Shown piece by piece: positions 18,164-28,288 of a stretch of DNA of 64,000 nucleotides. Origin of the DNA: an uncultured Hyphomicrobiales bacterium (GTDB lineage: Bacteria > Pseudomonadota > Alphaproteobacteria > Rhizobiales > CAZSNL01). The notes beneath the pieces were generated by a model that saw only the letters and a program-made list of their open reading frames with translations, ran no database searches and was not told where the DNA came from. The stretch is taken from NCBI GenBank assembly GCA_964608275.1, contig CAZSNL010000004.1, positions 8,265 to 72,264 on the forward strand, read 5' to 3'. Both the position numbers and the translations under genes were made by a program. Each line of letters begins with the position of its first letter. Position 1 is the stretch's first letter.

Positions 18164-19099
18164 CTACGTCGGAGCGAGCGGGGGCGTTGCCCGAGCAGGC
18201 TCAGGGCTTTCGCCCTGCCGCCTAGCTTCGGCGGCAAGCCAGCGCTCCCGAAGGATGGTGTAGAGACCGCTCGCCACGACGATCGCAGCGCCTGTAACCG
18301 TCCAGGCATCTGGAAAATGGCCGAAGACCACATAGCCGGTGATGGTGGCCCAGACAAGGAGCATGTAGTTGAACGGCTGCAGCGTCGAGGCCGGTGCCGC
18401 GGCCAGCGCCTTTATGAGCAGGAAGTGTCCAAGTGAACTGGTAATCGAAAGCGCCACCAGCCATGCCCAATGGGCGGGAGTAGGCCACGTCCAGTAGGCG
18501 GGGCCGAGCAGGGTCATCACGGCAGCGCCTACCAGCGCCATGTAGAGAAGCGAGGTCTCTCCATCGTCAGTGCGTATGACGCGGGTAAGCACGAGGTAAA
18601 CGGCAAACAGGAAGGCGGCGCCAAGAGCAAGCAGCGCGCCCGGCTGCAGGACGGTCAACCCCGGCCGGAGGATCACGAGCACGCCGACGAAGCCCATCCC
18701 GACTGCCGCCCAGCGGCGGATGCCGACCGCTTCACCGAGGAACAGCGCGGAGAGGGCCGTTACCATCAGCGGAGTGGTCGCGAGAAGTGCGTGGGCGTCT
18801 GCTAGCGGCAGGACGCGCACGGCAACGACGAAGATCGCTATTTCTGCGACGATGATGAGCGAGCGAACGATCTGCAGGATCGGCCGTCGTGAACTCAGGA
18901 CCATGCGCAGCGGCCGTTGCCGCGTGGCGAGGATCAGCGCGAATACCGAGAACAGGAGATAGCGAATCCATACGATCTGGGGCGCGGAATAGCTCTGCGC
19001 CAGGTATTTCGTGACAGCATCCTGGGTGGCGAACACCATCATCGCCAGGATGGCGAGCACGATGCCTCGGGTTACGTGATCGTGGGGTGGATTGGCCAT
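18164..19099 (-). CDS. DMT-superfamily (EamA-type) transporter
   Basis: ORF 18164..19171; I chose the ATG at 19099. It has ten hydrophobic helices in two EamA-like halves. Confidence 0.75.
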   Translation of the reverse strand: MANPPHDHVTRGIVLAILAMMVFATQDAVTKYLAQSYSAPQIVWIRYLLFSVFALILATRQRPLRMVLSSRRPILQIVRSLIIVAEIAIFVVAVRVLPLADAHALLATTPLMVTALSALFLGEAVGIRRWAAVGMGFVGVLVILRPGLTVLQPGALLALGAAFLFAVYLVLTRVIRTDDGETSLLYMALVGAAVMTLLGPAYWTWPTPAHWAWLVALSITSSLGHFLLIKALAAAPASTLQPFNYMLLVWATITGYVVFGHFPDAWTVTGAAIVVASGLYTILRERWLAAEARRQGESPEPARATPPLAPT

Positions 19100-19294
19100 G
19101 ACCGGGGCCCATAGCTGTTTCGCGGCATGCAGGCAACGCCCGGCCATGCATGGCGCGCATGCCGTCCACACATGGCAGGCATGCGCGCGACTCGATCCGG
19201 ATCTGCCGCGCTAGCAGCCCTTCAGATCGGGCTCCCACGGAGACAACGGAATGAGAAACAAGCGCGAGAACGTTTTCGGGTTGTGGGCGTTCCG

Positions 19295-19687
19295 CTACAG
19301 CCGCGCCATCACCGTGATCTCGACGTTCGACCCCTCGGCAAGGCCGCCCGTCTCGGTACACGTGCGGGTCGGATAGTGGCCACCGTCAAAGAACTTTCGG
19401 TACTCGGCATCCATTTCGCCGATACGCGATATGTCGGTCATGTGCACGTCCACGCGGACGATCCGGTCCATTCCAAGTCCGATACCCTTCAGCGCATCAC
19501 GGATGGCGGTCATCACCAGTTCCGTCTCGCGCGCAATGTCGCCATGAACTTCGCGGCCGCCAGCCAGGTCACCGGCGACGATCCCGGAGAGAAACGCGTA
19601 ACGATCATCCATGACGATGTGAGAGAACGGGTACTCCGGAGTGCCGACGCCGGGGATTGACTGTCGGCGGATGGACGAACTGGTCAT
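19295..19687 (-). CDS. RidA/YjgF/UK114 family protein
   Basis: 130 aa. DDRYAFLSGIVAGD...RIVRVDVHMTD...PTRTCTETGGL...VEITVMA is the RidA fold signature. Its start overlaps the LLM stop by 4 nt. Confidence 0.8.
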   Translation of the reverse strand: MTSSSIRRQSIPGVGTPEYPFSHIVMDDRYAFLSGIVAGDLAGGREVHGDIARETELVMTAIRDALKGIGLGMDRIVRVDVHMTDISRIGEMDAEYRKFFDGGHYPTRTCTETGGLAEGSNVEITVMARL

Positions 19688-20787
19688 TCTGCAGCCTCTG
19701 AACGGTTGGTGGTCTGGGCGCGGGAGGCGTGCACCTCTTCGAGGGGCATGCCGAATGCGCGTTCCATAAGTGGCACCACCTCGGACGCAAAGCGTTCCAG
19801 CGAACGCCGTGCCTTGTGACCGGCGACAGAGCCGATCTGCATGAAGCAGGAAAGATGGGTGGTGCCGAGTTCGCGAATTTCGTCGACGAGCTTTTCGGCA
19901 ACGTGATGCGGATCGCCGAACACCAGATTGTCACGGAACGTCTCCACCGGCGGCTCGTCGGGAATGGGCGGTGCCTGGATGAAGGGCCCGTCCAACACAG
20001 GCTCGCCAGTGCGCATCTGGGTGACAATACGGCCGACTACCCGGCTCCTCTCCGCCAACTCGAGCGCTTCGGCCTTGTCGTCAGTGACGAAGATATACTG
20101 CTGTACGGCGAGCGGCATCCGATCGGCTGGAATACCTGCCGCCTCGAACTGGCGCCGCAGATGAGCCACCTGGTCGCGCAGGAGCGAGATGCCGCGCCAG
20201 CCACCCGTGATGAACGGGACGTACCCCGAGCGCGCAGTCCGTTCGATCACGGCCGGATCGAGACCGGTGACAAACACCTCGGGCATCGGCTGCTGAACCG
20301 CACGGATGGCGATCGGCGACTCCGGAATCTCGAAGTACTTGCCCGTGTAGGCGATGCGGCCTTCCTTGAGCCCCATCTCGATGATGTCCCACGCTTCCAT
20401 CGAGACGGCCGTTCGCTCGGAAAGATCGCGATGGAAACGGTCGAACTCGTACTTCTGATAGCCCGATCCGATGCCGACGACGGCGCGGCCGCCGGACTGC
20501 ACGTCGAGAAGGCCGATTTCCTGGACCAGGCGAACCGGGTTGTAGAGCGGCAGCACGAGGACCGCGGTACCAAGCCGGATGCGGCTCGTCAGGCCGGCAC
20601 AATGCGCGGCCATCATCAATGGCGAGGGGCAGATCGAATAGTTCGAGAAATGGTGCTCGGCAAACCAGGCGACGTCAAACCCCGCCTCGTCGGCGAGGCG
20701 AACCATCGACACGGTGTCCTCGACAATCTGGCGTGGAGTCACCGAGCTGTCGATCTGGGTCATCAGGTTGAACAGTCCGAGCTTCAT
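19684..20787 (-). CDS. LLM-class flavin-dependent oxidoreductase (luciferase-like monooxygenase)
   Basis: MKLGLFNLM...FDVAWFAEHHFSNYS...LPLYNPVRLVQEIGLLD is a typical LLM N-terminus. Size is 367 aa. Confidence 0.85.
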   Translation of the reverse strand: MKLGLFNLMTQIDSSVTPRQIVEDTVSMVRLADEAGFDVAWFAEHHFSNYSICPSPLMMAAHCAGLTSRIRLGTAVLVLPLYNPVRLVQEIGLLDVQSGGRAVVGIGSGYQKYEFDRFHRDLSERTAVSMEAWDIIEMGLKEGRIAYTGKYFEIPESPIAIRAVQQPMPEVFVTGLDPAVIERTARSGYVPFITGGWRGISLLRDQVAHLRRQFEAAGIPADRMPLAVQQYIFVTDDKAEALELAERSRVVGRIVTQMRTGEPVLDGPFIQAPPIPDEPPVETFRDNLVFGDPHHVAEKLVDEIRELGTTHLSCFMQIGSVAGHKARRSLERFASEVVPLMERAFGMPLEEVHASRAQTTNRSEAAE

Positions 20788-20830
20788 TTCGAATCGCTCC
20801 TTGGCGGGCGAAGACGCAGGCTACCTTTAA

Positions 20831-21595
20831 TCAGGCGAAGATGTAGCCGCCACTCACGATGACATTTTCACCGGTCATGTACCGATTGGCGTCGCTCAGC
20901 ATGAACACGATCCACTCGGCAATGTCGTCGGGCTCGGCATTTCGCGCGAGCGGGGTGTCGGCGGCGAGTTCGGCGAGGAAACCGGCCTTCTTGGCTTTCT
21001 CGGTAGCGATACCGGCGGGCGCGACCGAATTCACCAGGATCTGGTCAGGGGCGAATTCCAGCGCGAACGAACGGGTCAGCGATACGACAGCCGCCTTTGT
21101 GGCAGCGTAGTGCGCATTCTTCGGATGCGCCTTGAAGGCATCGACCGAGGAGATGTTGACGATTCGGCCACGTACGGAACCGTCGATTTCCTGCGCTCGC
21201 ATGTGCTCGACGGCGGCAGCCGTCATGTTGTAGGTGCCGCGCACGTTCACCTTCCAGTCATGGTCCCAGTCCTCGTCCGTGATTTCGAGGATCGATCGAC
21301 GAGGATAGACGCCGGCACAATTGACCAGGCCATGAATGCGACCCAGCTTGGCGACGGCCTGGTCGAAGAGACCGTAGGCAGTCGTCTTGGGCACGATGTC
21401 GCCGGCGATCGCATGGATCTCCGCACCGGAGCCGGCAAGTTCGGCCGCACGCTTCTCCAGTGTCTCGCGATCAAGGTCGATGATCGCGAGACGTGCACCG
21501 CGTGCCGCGAGCAGCTGGGCTGTGGCCAGACCGAGGCCGCTGGCCCCTCCCGTCAGGACGACGGCCTTGTTCTCTACAGTCATGTCGATGATCAA
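20831..21595 (-). CDS. SDR-family oxidoreductase
   Basis: It has the TGGASGLGLA cofactor motif and the YAATKAA catalytic motif. Its start overlaps the livF stop by 4 nt. Confidence 0.85.
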   Translation of the reverse strand: MIIDMTVENKAVVLTGGASGLGLATAQLLAARGARLAIIDLDRETLEKRAAELAGSGAEIHAIAGDIVPKTTAYGLFDQAVAKLGRIHGLVNCAGVYPRRSILEITDEDWDHDWKVNVRGTYNMTAAAVEHMRAQEIDGSVRGRIVNISSVDAFKAHPKNAHYAATKAAVVSLTRSFALEFAPDQILVNSVAPAGIATEKAKKAGFLAELAADTPLARNAEPDDIAEWIVFMLSDANRYMTGENVIVSGGYIFA

Positions 21596-22299
21596 CCGAG
21601 ATATGCTTCCTTGACCTGCGGATTGGCCAGAAGCTCCTGTGCCGGACCCTCCAGGACAATCTCGCCGGTTTCCATGACGTAGCCGTAGTCAGCTATCCGC
21701 AAGGACAGGAAGGCGTTCTGCTCGACCAGCAGAACAGCCACGCCCTGCTTTCGGATTTCGACAATGGTGTCGAAGATGAGCTGCACCATGAGGGGCGCCA
21801 GGCCCATGCTTGGCTCGTCCAGCAGGAGCACTCGCGGATTCGACATGAGGGCACGGGCCATGGCGAGCATCTGCTGCTCGCCTCCCGACAGCGTGCCTGC
21901 CACCTGCTTGAGCCGCTCCTTGAGCACCGGAAACATTTCGAGCGCACGTTCCTCTGTATCAGCGATCCATTTCTGGTCCTTGTTGAGGAACGCACCAACC
22001 CGAAGGTTCTCAGCCACCGTCAGTCGACTGAATATCCGTCGGCCTTCCGGTACGTGGATGAGTCCCTTGGCGACGATCGAATGGGCAGGCAGTTCGGTCA
22101 GCGATTCACCATTGTACACGACGTCCCCGCCGGTCGAGGCGATGATGCCCGAGATGGCTCTGAGCATCGTCGTCTTGCCGGCCCCATTCGCTCCTATGAG
22201 CGTGACGATCTGATCGTTCTCCAACGCCAGCGAAATGCCGCGCAGGGCCTCGATCTTGCCGTAGTGGACGTGAAGATCCCGTACGTCGAGAAGCGCCAT
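21592..22299 (-). CDS. livF: Branched-chain amino acid-type ABC transporter ATP-binding protein (LivF-like)
   Basis: It has Walker A GANGAGKTT, signature LSGGEQQML and Walker B LLLDEPS. Size is 235 aa. Confidence 0.85.
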   Translation of the reverse strand: MALLDVRDLHVHYGKIEALRGISLALENDQIVTLIGANGAGKTTMLRAISGIIASTGGDVVYNGESLTELPAHSIVAKGLIHVPEGRRIFSRLTVAENLRVGAFLNKDQKWIADTEERALEMFPVLKERLKQVAGTLSGGEQQMLAMARALMSNPRVLLLDEPSMGLAPLMVQLIFDTIVEIRKQGVAVLLVEQNAFLSLRIADYGYVMETGEIVLEGPAQELLANPQVKEAYLG

Positions 22300-22313
22300 T
22301 CGTATTCTACCTG

Positions 22314-23102
22314 CTACTTGAGCACCGAACTGTCAGTGGTACCGAGATAGGCCTCGATCACCTTCTGGTCGCTCTGCACTTCAGCGGGCGTCCCTTCGGA
22401 GATCTTCACCCCGTGATCGAGCACGCTGACGCGGTCGGAGACGCCCATCACGACGCGCATCGAATGCTCTATGAGGAGGATCGTGACGCCGCGTTCATCG
22501 CGTACCCGACGCACGAATTCGACCATCTCGGCGCTTTCACGCGGGTTCATGCCCGCCACGGGTTCATCGAGAAGAAGCAACCGGGGGCGGGTGGCGAGCG
22601 CGCGCCCGATTTCGAGCCGACGCTGGTCGCCGTAGGACAGGTTTCGCGCGATCGCATCGCCGCGACCCTTCAGCCCGACGAACTCCAGTATGTTGCGGGC
22701 CTCTTCCAATGCCCTCGCTTCGTCTTCACGGGTTGCCCGGGTGTTGAAGACTGCTCCAAGCCAGGTCGACTTGAGATGGAGATGCAGTCCCACCAGGATG
22801 TTCTCGATGGCCGTGAGGTTCCGGAACAGGCGGATGTTCTGATAGGTGCGGTTGATGCCGGCGGCGGCGACCCGATCCGGCGTGATGCCGTCGATACGAT
22901 GGCCGGAGAACCAGATCTGACCGTCATCGGGAGGATAGAATTCCATGATGCAGTTGAAGACCGTGGTCTTGCCGGCCCCATTCGGACCGATGATCGAGTG
23001 GATCGTGCCTTCCTTGACTTCGAGATCGAGCTTGTCGACGGCAACGAGGCCGCCGAAGCGCTTCGTCATCTGCTCCGTCTTGAGCAATACGGCTCCCGTC
23101 AT
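22314..23102 (-). CDS. livG: Branched-chain amino acid-type ABC transporter ATP-binding protein (LivG-like)
   Basis: ORF 22314..23189; I chose the ATG at 23102, which overlaps the livM stop. It has GPNGAGKTT, LSYGDQRRLEI and LLLDEP. Confidence 0.85.
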   Translation of the reverse strand: MTGAVLLKTEQMTKRFGGLVAVDKLDLEVKEGTIHSIIGPNGAGKTTVFNCIMEFYPPDDGQIWFSGHRIDGITPDRVAAAGINRTYQNIRLFRNLTAIENILVGLHLHLKSTWLGAVFNTRATREDEARALEEARNILEFVGLKGRGDAIARNLSYGDQRRLEIGRALATRPRLLLLDEPVAGMNPRESAEMVEFVRRVRDERGVTILLIEHSMRVVMGVSDRVSVLDHGVKISEGTPAEVQSDQKVIEAYLGTTDSSVLK

Positions 23103-24832
23103 CACCCAGCCCTGCTCTTGAGTGCCTGTTGCTCGGCCATGGTTTCCTGGTCCAGTGCGATCTCGCGTCGCTTGGCTGCCGATGGCCATAGCCCTTCCGG
23201 TTTCACTCGCATGACCGCAACAATGGCTAGGCCATAGAACAGGAACCGGAACTCGCCGAACTCGCGCAGCATTTCCGGCAGGCCGATCAGCACCAGCGAG
23301 CCGACGGCCACACCGGGAAGGCTGCCCATCCCGCCGACGATGATGAGCGCCAGGATGTTGATGGAGATGATCAGCTGGAAGCTGTGCGGGTAGATGGAAC
23401 CGAGCATCACCGCGAATATGGATCCGGCAAGGCCGGCAAAGGCGGCACCGAGGGCGTAGGCCAGGAGCTTGACCTGGATGAGGTTGATGCCAAGGGCCTG
23501 AGCCACATCCTCGTCATCCCGGATTGCCGTCCACGCGCGACCGAGCCGCGAGTCCTGCAGTCGCCATGCGAAATAGGCGGCGACCAGTGACGCGACGAGT
23601 GTCAGATAGAAGAGGGACACCGGCGTATTGAATTCGAAGCCGAACAGTTCGGGTCGCGGGATCTGAAGAATTCCTGCGGCGCCGGCAAGCACGGGAGCTG
23701 CGGCATCGGAGAGCACGATCACGCGGGCGATCTCGCCCAGGCCCAGTGTTGCGACAGCCAGGTAGTCGCCCCTCACATTGAGCACCGGTACGCCGAACAA
23801 TCCCCCGACCGCCGTAGCCGTAAGTACCGCGATGGGCATGGCGATCCAGAACGGCAACTGGGCAAAGGCAAATGGGCTGTCTGCCATGAGCAGTGCCGTC
23901 ATGTAGGCGCCGACTGCATAGAAGGCGACGAAGCCGAGATCGAGCAGGCCCGCCAGCCCAACCTCGAGATTGAGCCCCATGCCCATCAGCATGAACAGCC
24001 CCACCATGAGCAGTACCTGACCGATGAAGTTCCCCGCATAGAGCGGGAACAGCACGGCCGCGATTGCCGCAAGTGCCAGATAGCCCCACCGGATGTTGCG
24101 GCGGGTCGTCGGCGGCAGCGTATTCCACTCCGCGCGGGCACGGTCGCGATTGAGCACCCAGAGGAGACTTACGGCGCCGGTAATCACGAAGATGGTAATG
24201 GCCCCCTGAAGGTGCATGCCGGTCCAGGTGTAGAGCAGATCATGCAGCCACTTGGTGGCCCAGCTGCTTGCAAGCACTGGCCGGACCAGTTCCTGGAACA
24301 GACCGGCCAGACCGGTAGCGATCAAGGCGGCGGACAGTGGCCCGCCGATACGCTCCGGCAACAGCATGAGAAGCACACCGGCGGCGCCGAGCGCCGCTCC
24401 AAGGACGATCAGACATGCTATGCCCACCACCGGCGAGGCGAAGGTGAAGGTCAGCATGTCGTACAGCGGCTTGTGCAGCGCAACGAAGATGAAGCGCAGG
24501 TTGACCACCGACATTACCGCCGGAATGACCGCAAGCATCGCGGCGGCGATGGTGCCCGCCAGCATGCCCCCCAGAAACGTCCGGGTCACGTCAGGGAAGG
24601 CACGGGCGCGGGCCACCATGATGCCGGCCGTGAGAAACAGGATGCCGAGCGTTGCATAGCCAAGGGTGAGATATCCGACGATGATCGGTCGGGCGTTGAA
24701 CATCGACAGGATGCCCACCATCGCCAGGAACAAGAGGATGAGCCCGATCTGGAAACCCGCCGAGCGGACATAGCCCCAGGACGTGGTCTTCCGGGTATCC
24801 ACTCTGCTGGAGGCGACGACTTCGAATGCCAT
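23102..24832 (-). CDS. livM: Branched-chain amino acid-type ABC transporter permease (LivM-like) with a ~250-aa polytopic N-terminal extension
   Basis: The C-terminal ~320 aa resemble LivM (GQVLLMVGLFMLMGMGLNLEVGLAGLLDLGFVAFYAVGAY). The N-terminal ~250 aa add further TM helices. Confidence 0.8.
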   Translation of the reverse strand: MAFEVVASSRVDTRKTTSWGYVRSAGFQIGLILLFLAMVGILSMFNARPIIVGYLTLGYATLGILFLTAGIMVARARAFPDVTRTFLGGMLAGTIAAAMLAVIPAVMSVVNLRFIFVALHKPLYDMLTFTFASPVVGIACLIVLGAALGAAGVLLMLLPERIGGPLSAALIATGLAGLFQELVRPVLASSWATKWLHDLLYTWTGMHLQGAITIFVITGAVSLLWVLNRDRARAEWNTLPPTTRRNIRWGYLALAAIAAVLFPLYAGNFIGQVLLMVGLFMLMGMGLNLEVGLAGLLDLGFVAFYAVGAYMTALLMADSPFAFAQLPFWIAMPIAVLTATAVGGLFGVPVLNVRGDYLAVATLGLGEIARVIVLSDAAAPVLAGAAGILQIPRPELFGFEFNTPVSLFYLTLVASLVAAYFAWRLQDSRLGRAWTAIRDDEDVAQALGINLIQVKLLAYALGAAFAGLAGSIFAVMLGSIYPHSFQLIISINILALIIVGGMGSLPGVAVGSLVLIGLPEMLREFGEFRFLFYGLAIVAVMRVKPEGLWPSAAKRREIALDQETMAEQQALKSRAG

Positions 24833-24883
24833 GTTTTCTTCTTCTCCCTTGTGGCCGGGCTGGCCTGCGGCGCCGGAACGCCG

Positions 24884-25990
24884 TCAGGCCCGCTTCTTTG
24901 CCAGCGCCTCGCCGATCAACCCCTGCGGCCGGAACACCAGCACCATGACGAGCAGCGTGAAGGCGATCAGATCGCGCATCTGGTAAGGCGCAGGAATGTT
25001 CAGGCCATCGAGGAACAGCGGCGGTCCGATCGATTCGATGACGCCGAGGAACAATCCGCCGAACATGGCGCCCGGAATGTTGCCGATCCCGCCGAGAACG
25101 GCCGCACTGAACGCCTTGATGCCCGGCAGGAACCCGGTGAAGAAGTAGATCTGCTTGTAGACGAAGCAGTAAAGCACCCCACCGATCCCGGCCATGCATG
25201 CGCCGAGGATGAAGGTGAAGATGATGACCTTGTTTGCGTCGATGCCCATCAGGGCGGCGGCGTCCCGATCCTCGGAGACAGCACGCATGGCGGTGCCCAT
25301 GCGGGTCTTCTGGACGATAAGGTAGAGGAACAGCATCGCGGCAAATGCGGTGCCGATGACGATCGGCTGAACGACAGGCAACGTAACGCCAAGGATGTCG
25401 ACGGTGCCCTTCATCCATTCCGGATCGGGATAGGAGCGGACGTTCGATCCGAACATGCCGCGGAAACTGTGTTGCAGGACGAACGATGCGCCGATTGCGC
25501 AGATCAGCGGCGCGAGGGTCGCCACGTGCCGGAACGGGCGATAGCAGATACGTTCGACGATGAGCGCAATCACGGTGCAAACACCCATCGACAAAGCCAT
25601 GATCGCCGCCGTCGAAAGGAACGGGTGGGCGTCCATGAAACCCGACCGGTCGAGGCCGCGGGCAAGGAAATAGGCCGAAAAGGCGCCGGTCATGGTGATG
25701 TCACCATGGGCGAAGTTGATAAGGCGCAATATTCCGTAGACCATCGTGTAGCCGAGCGCGATGAGCGCGTACACGCCACCGATGGTCAGCCCGAACATGA
25801 AGAAATCGAACCAGTGCGAGAGGCTGTAGGTGCCTTTGATCAGGGTAGCAACGGTGCCGACCACCACCAGAATCAGGATCCCCGCGCGCAGAAGCCACAG
25901 GATGACATCGACGAGGGTAATACGCTCAAGGCTTGCAAACAGCCTTGCACGCGACGTGGTTGGGACAGGCGCCACGGTTTCTGTCGTCAT
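24884..25990 (-). CDS. livH: Branched-chain amino acid-type ABC transporter permease (LivH-like)
   Basis: GGVYALIALGYTMVYGILRLINFAHGD is the LivH signature region. An N-terminal extension of about 60 aa is present. Confidence 0.8.
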   Translation of the reverse strand: MTTETVAPVPTTSRARLFASLERITLVDVILWLLRAGILILVVVGTVATLIKGTYSLSHWFDFFMFGLTIGGVYALIALGYTMVYGILRLINFAHGDITMTGAFSAYFLARGLDRSGFMDAHPFLSTAAIMALSMGVCTVIALIVERICYRPFRHVATLAPLICAIGASFVLQHSFRGMFGSNVRSYPDPEWMKGTVDILGVTLPVVQPIVIGTAFAAMLFLYLIVQKTRMGTAMRAVSEDRDAAALMGIDANKVIIFTFILGACMAGIGGVLYCFVYKQIYFFTGFLPGIKAFSAAVLGGIGNIPGAMFGGLFLGVIESIGPPLFLDGLNIPAPYQMRDLIAFTLLVMVLVFRPQGLIGEALAKKRA

Positions 25991-26107
25991 CTATCAGACT
26001 CGTGATTTTGCGGTCGACACTTCGGAGTATCTTCACCGGGTACCGGCTGCCCGGCGAGGGCAACCGATACCCGGTGGAAATTCGGCCAGGGGGCCAACAG
26101 AACCCGA

Positions 26108-27370
26108 TTACTTCGTCGGGTAGACCTTCTTCGGATTCACGCCGGTCTCGAACGTCGACGGGTCGCCGTCGGTGAACTCGTAGACCGCGAAATTGAAGGC
26201 GCCGCACTGACCATGTTCATTGCAGTTGATCGGGCCGCTGATACCGTCGTAGCCCTTCGTCGAGAACAGCTCGTCCCGCAGGGCCTTGCGGCCGATGTAG
26301 GTCGTTCCGTTCTCGTCCTTCTGGGCAACGGCTTCGATGGCGCGTGCGACGATGATCCCGGCGTCGTAGGCCTGCGCGTGGAACGCGTTGATCGGTCCCT
26401 CGCCGTACTTGGCTTCATACTTCGAGACGAACTCGGGATACTTCTCGCCCATGACTTCAGGCGAGATGTCGACGTTGGTGAGCCTGAAGCCAACCGCCGC
26501 ATCGCCGGCCGCTTCGAGCAGACCCGGGGCGAGGACGGCACTGCCACCGATCAGGTGCGTATCCTTCAGATCGGGGATGTCTGGCGCCTGCCGAATGATC
26601 TGGGCAGTCGCGGCAACGAAGGTGGGGAAGTACAGGACGCAAGGCTTCTTTGTACCAATTCCTGTAAGCACCGGCCGCATGTCGACGTCGGTGGGGGCAA
26701 CTGCTTCCTCGGCCACTACCTCACCGCCGAGTTCCCTGAACGAGTTGGCGGCCGCCAGGGCAAGCTGAGACGCGTACGGGCTGCCATCGTGAATGGTGGC
26801 CAGCGTCCGGCATTCCAGTTCGTTGTAGAACCAGGCCGCGTCGTTGCGTCCCTGGTCGGCATCGGAATAGATGGTCCGCATGAACCCGAAGTAGTCGGGC
26901 TTGCGGTCCGATGCCGTGAGCGCGGGGGCCGTTGTCGAGGTGCCGACGCTGACAATGCCTGCCTTCCACAGGATCGGCGCACCCACCGTTGCGGCGCTCG
27001 AGCAGGCGGGCCCGACCACGGCTACGATGTTGGGCAGCGATGCAAGCTTGGCCGCGGCGGTCTGACCACCTTCGGCGTTGCACTGCGAATCCTCGACGAT
27101 GAACTGGATCGGATGACCGGCGATCTCGTTGCCGACGTCGTCGAATGCGATCTCGACGCCGCGCTGACCGTCGAGGCCGAGGGCGGTATCCGGACCGGAG
27201 ATCACGAAGTAGCCACCTATGACGATCGGCGCCCCCTGCGGGATCTCCACCACGCCGATTTCATCGGTGACCGGGCCCTTCGTCTCGGCTGCGACAGCCG
27301 AGAAGGACGCAGTCAACGCAAACCCGGCGGCTGCGAGTGCAGATACGCCAAGGGACAATTTTTTATTCAT
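26108..27370 (-). CDS. ABC transporter periplasmic substrate-binding protein (LivK / Peripla_BP_6 type)
   Basis: It has the signal peptide MNKKLSLGVSALAAAGFALTASFSAVAA and is 420 aa. It is the first gene of the Liv-type operon. Confidence 0.85.
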   Translation of the reverse strand: MNKKLSLGVSALAAAGFALTASFSAVAAETKGPVTDEIGVVEIPQGAPIVIGGYFVISGPDTALGLDGQRGVEIAFDDVGNEIAGHPIQFIVEDSQCNAEGGQTAAAKLASLPNIVAVVGPACSSAATVGAPILWKAGIVSVGTSTTAPALTASDRKPDYFGFMRTIYSDADQGRNDAAWFYNELECRTLATIHDGSPYASQLALAAANSFRELGGEVVAEEAVAPTDVDMRPVLTGIGTKKPCVLYFPTFVAATAQIIRQAPDIPDLKDTHLIGGSAVLAPGLLEAAGDAAVGFRLTNVDISPEVMGEKYPEFVSKYEAKYGEGPINAFHAQAYDAGIIVARAIEAVAQKDENGTTYIGRKALRDELFSTKGYDGISGPINCNEHGQCGAFNFAVYEFTDGDPSTFETGVNPKKVYPTK

Positions 27371-27643
27371 GCCAAAGTCACTCCTCCGATTGACTCAACC
27401 TGACTGCCGCCCCGCCCCGGCCCCCGACGGGACGGAGTTCGATCATCAAAAGGCAGAGGTTGACCTCCCTGAGGGCCAAGAGTCCGGCTTGATTGGCCAG
27501 ACACCTCCCTCCCAAGTCGCAGGTTAGTCTGCAAAATTTGCGGTGCCAAGCCAATATTGCACACAAAGTTGAGGGGCAGGACACTTCCGTGAGCCGACTA
27601 GAGGATCCCCGGTGTTGGGCCGGCGATTCTTCAAACGAATTGA

Positions 27644-28288
27644 ATGGATGTGAAAGCGACCAGCGATCTGCGCGTACCCTTCAGGCGGGATCGGAAAATT
27701 CCGGTCTGGATGAAGCTTGGATACGCGGCTGCGGTGCCGGCGATAGGGGTCGTCTACTGGTATGCTTACGGACCGCAGAACTACCTTTGGCTTTCAGATA
27801 TCGCCCTCGTCCTCACCGCGCTGGCGGTTATCCTGGGCAATCGGCTGCTGGCCAGCATGCCGGCAGTCGGAGTACTTCCGCTCGAAATCGCATGGGCAGT
27901 CGACTTTCTGGCGGGCGGCAACACGACCGGCATGGCGGCCTACATGTTCGATGGCGAGCTCCCGCTCTACCTGAGGGCGCTCTCGGGATTCCACCTCGCG
28001 TTGCCGCCGACCCTGATCTACCTGTTGTGGAAGCTCGGCTACGACCGGCGAGCGTTCGCCTTGCAGACTCTGGTCACGTGGGCGGCGCTCGCCGCCGCCT
28101 ACGCCTGGTCCGATCGAGAAGAAAACATCAACTGGGTCTTCGGGCCCGCCAACGAGCCGCAACAGATCGTGCCGCCGCTCGTCTATCTCGGCCTCGAGAT
28201 GGTGGTCATTCCCCTGGTCATCATGCTGCCGACCCACTTCGTCCTGATGCGGCTGTTCGGTAGGCAGTCAGGGCAATCCGATCACTGA
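27644..28288 (+). CDS. Hypothetical polytopic membrane protein
   Basis: 214 aa with about 6 hydrophobic segments. I recognise no motif. It is divergent from the Liv operon, and its 3' end overlaps the hyuB stop region convergently by 7 nt. Confidence 0.5.
   Translation: MDVKATSDLRVPFRRDRKIPVWMKLGYAAAVPAIGVVYWYAYGPQNYLWLSDIALVLTALAVILGNRLLASMPAVGVLPLEIAWAVDFLAGGNTTGMAAYMFDGELPLYLRALSGFHLALPPTLIYLLWKLGYDRRAFALQTLVTWAALAAAYAWSDREENINWVFGPANEPQQIVPPLVYLGLEMVVIPLVIMLPTHFVLMRLFGRQSGQSDH

Noticed and set aside
27531-27541. An 11-nt palindrome GCAAA-A-TTTGC in the divergent livK / membrane-protein promoter region.
   Set aside because: It has only 5-bp arms, occurs once, and matches no regulator consensus that I recognise. 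It is too weak to call an operator.
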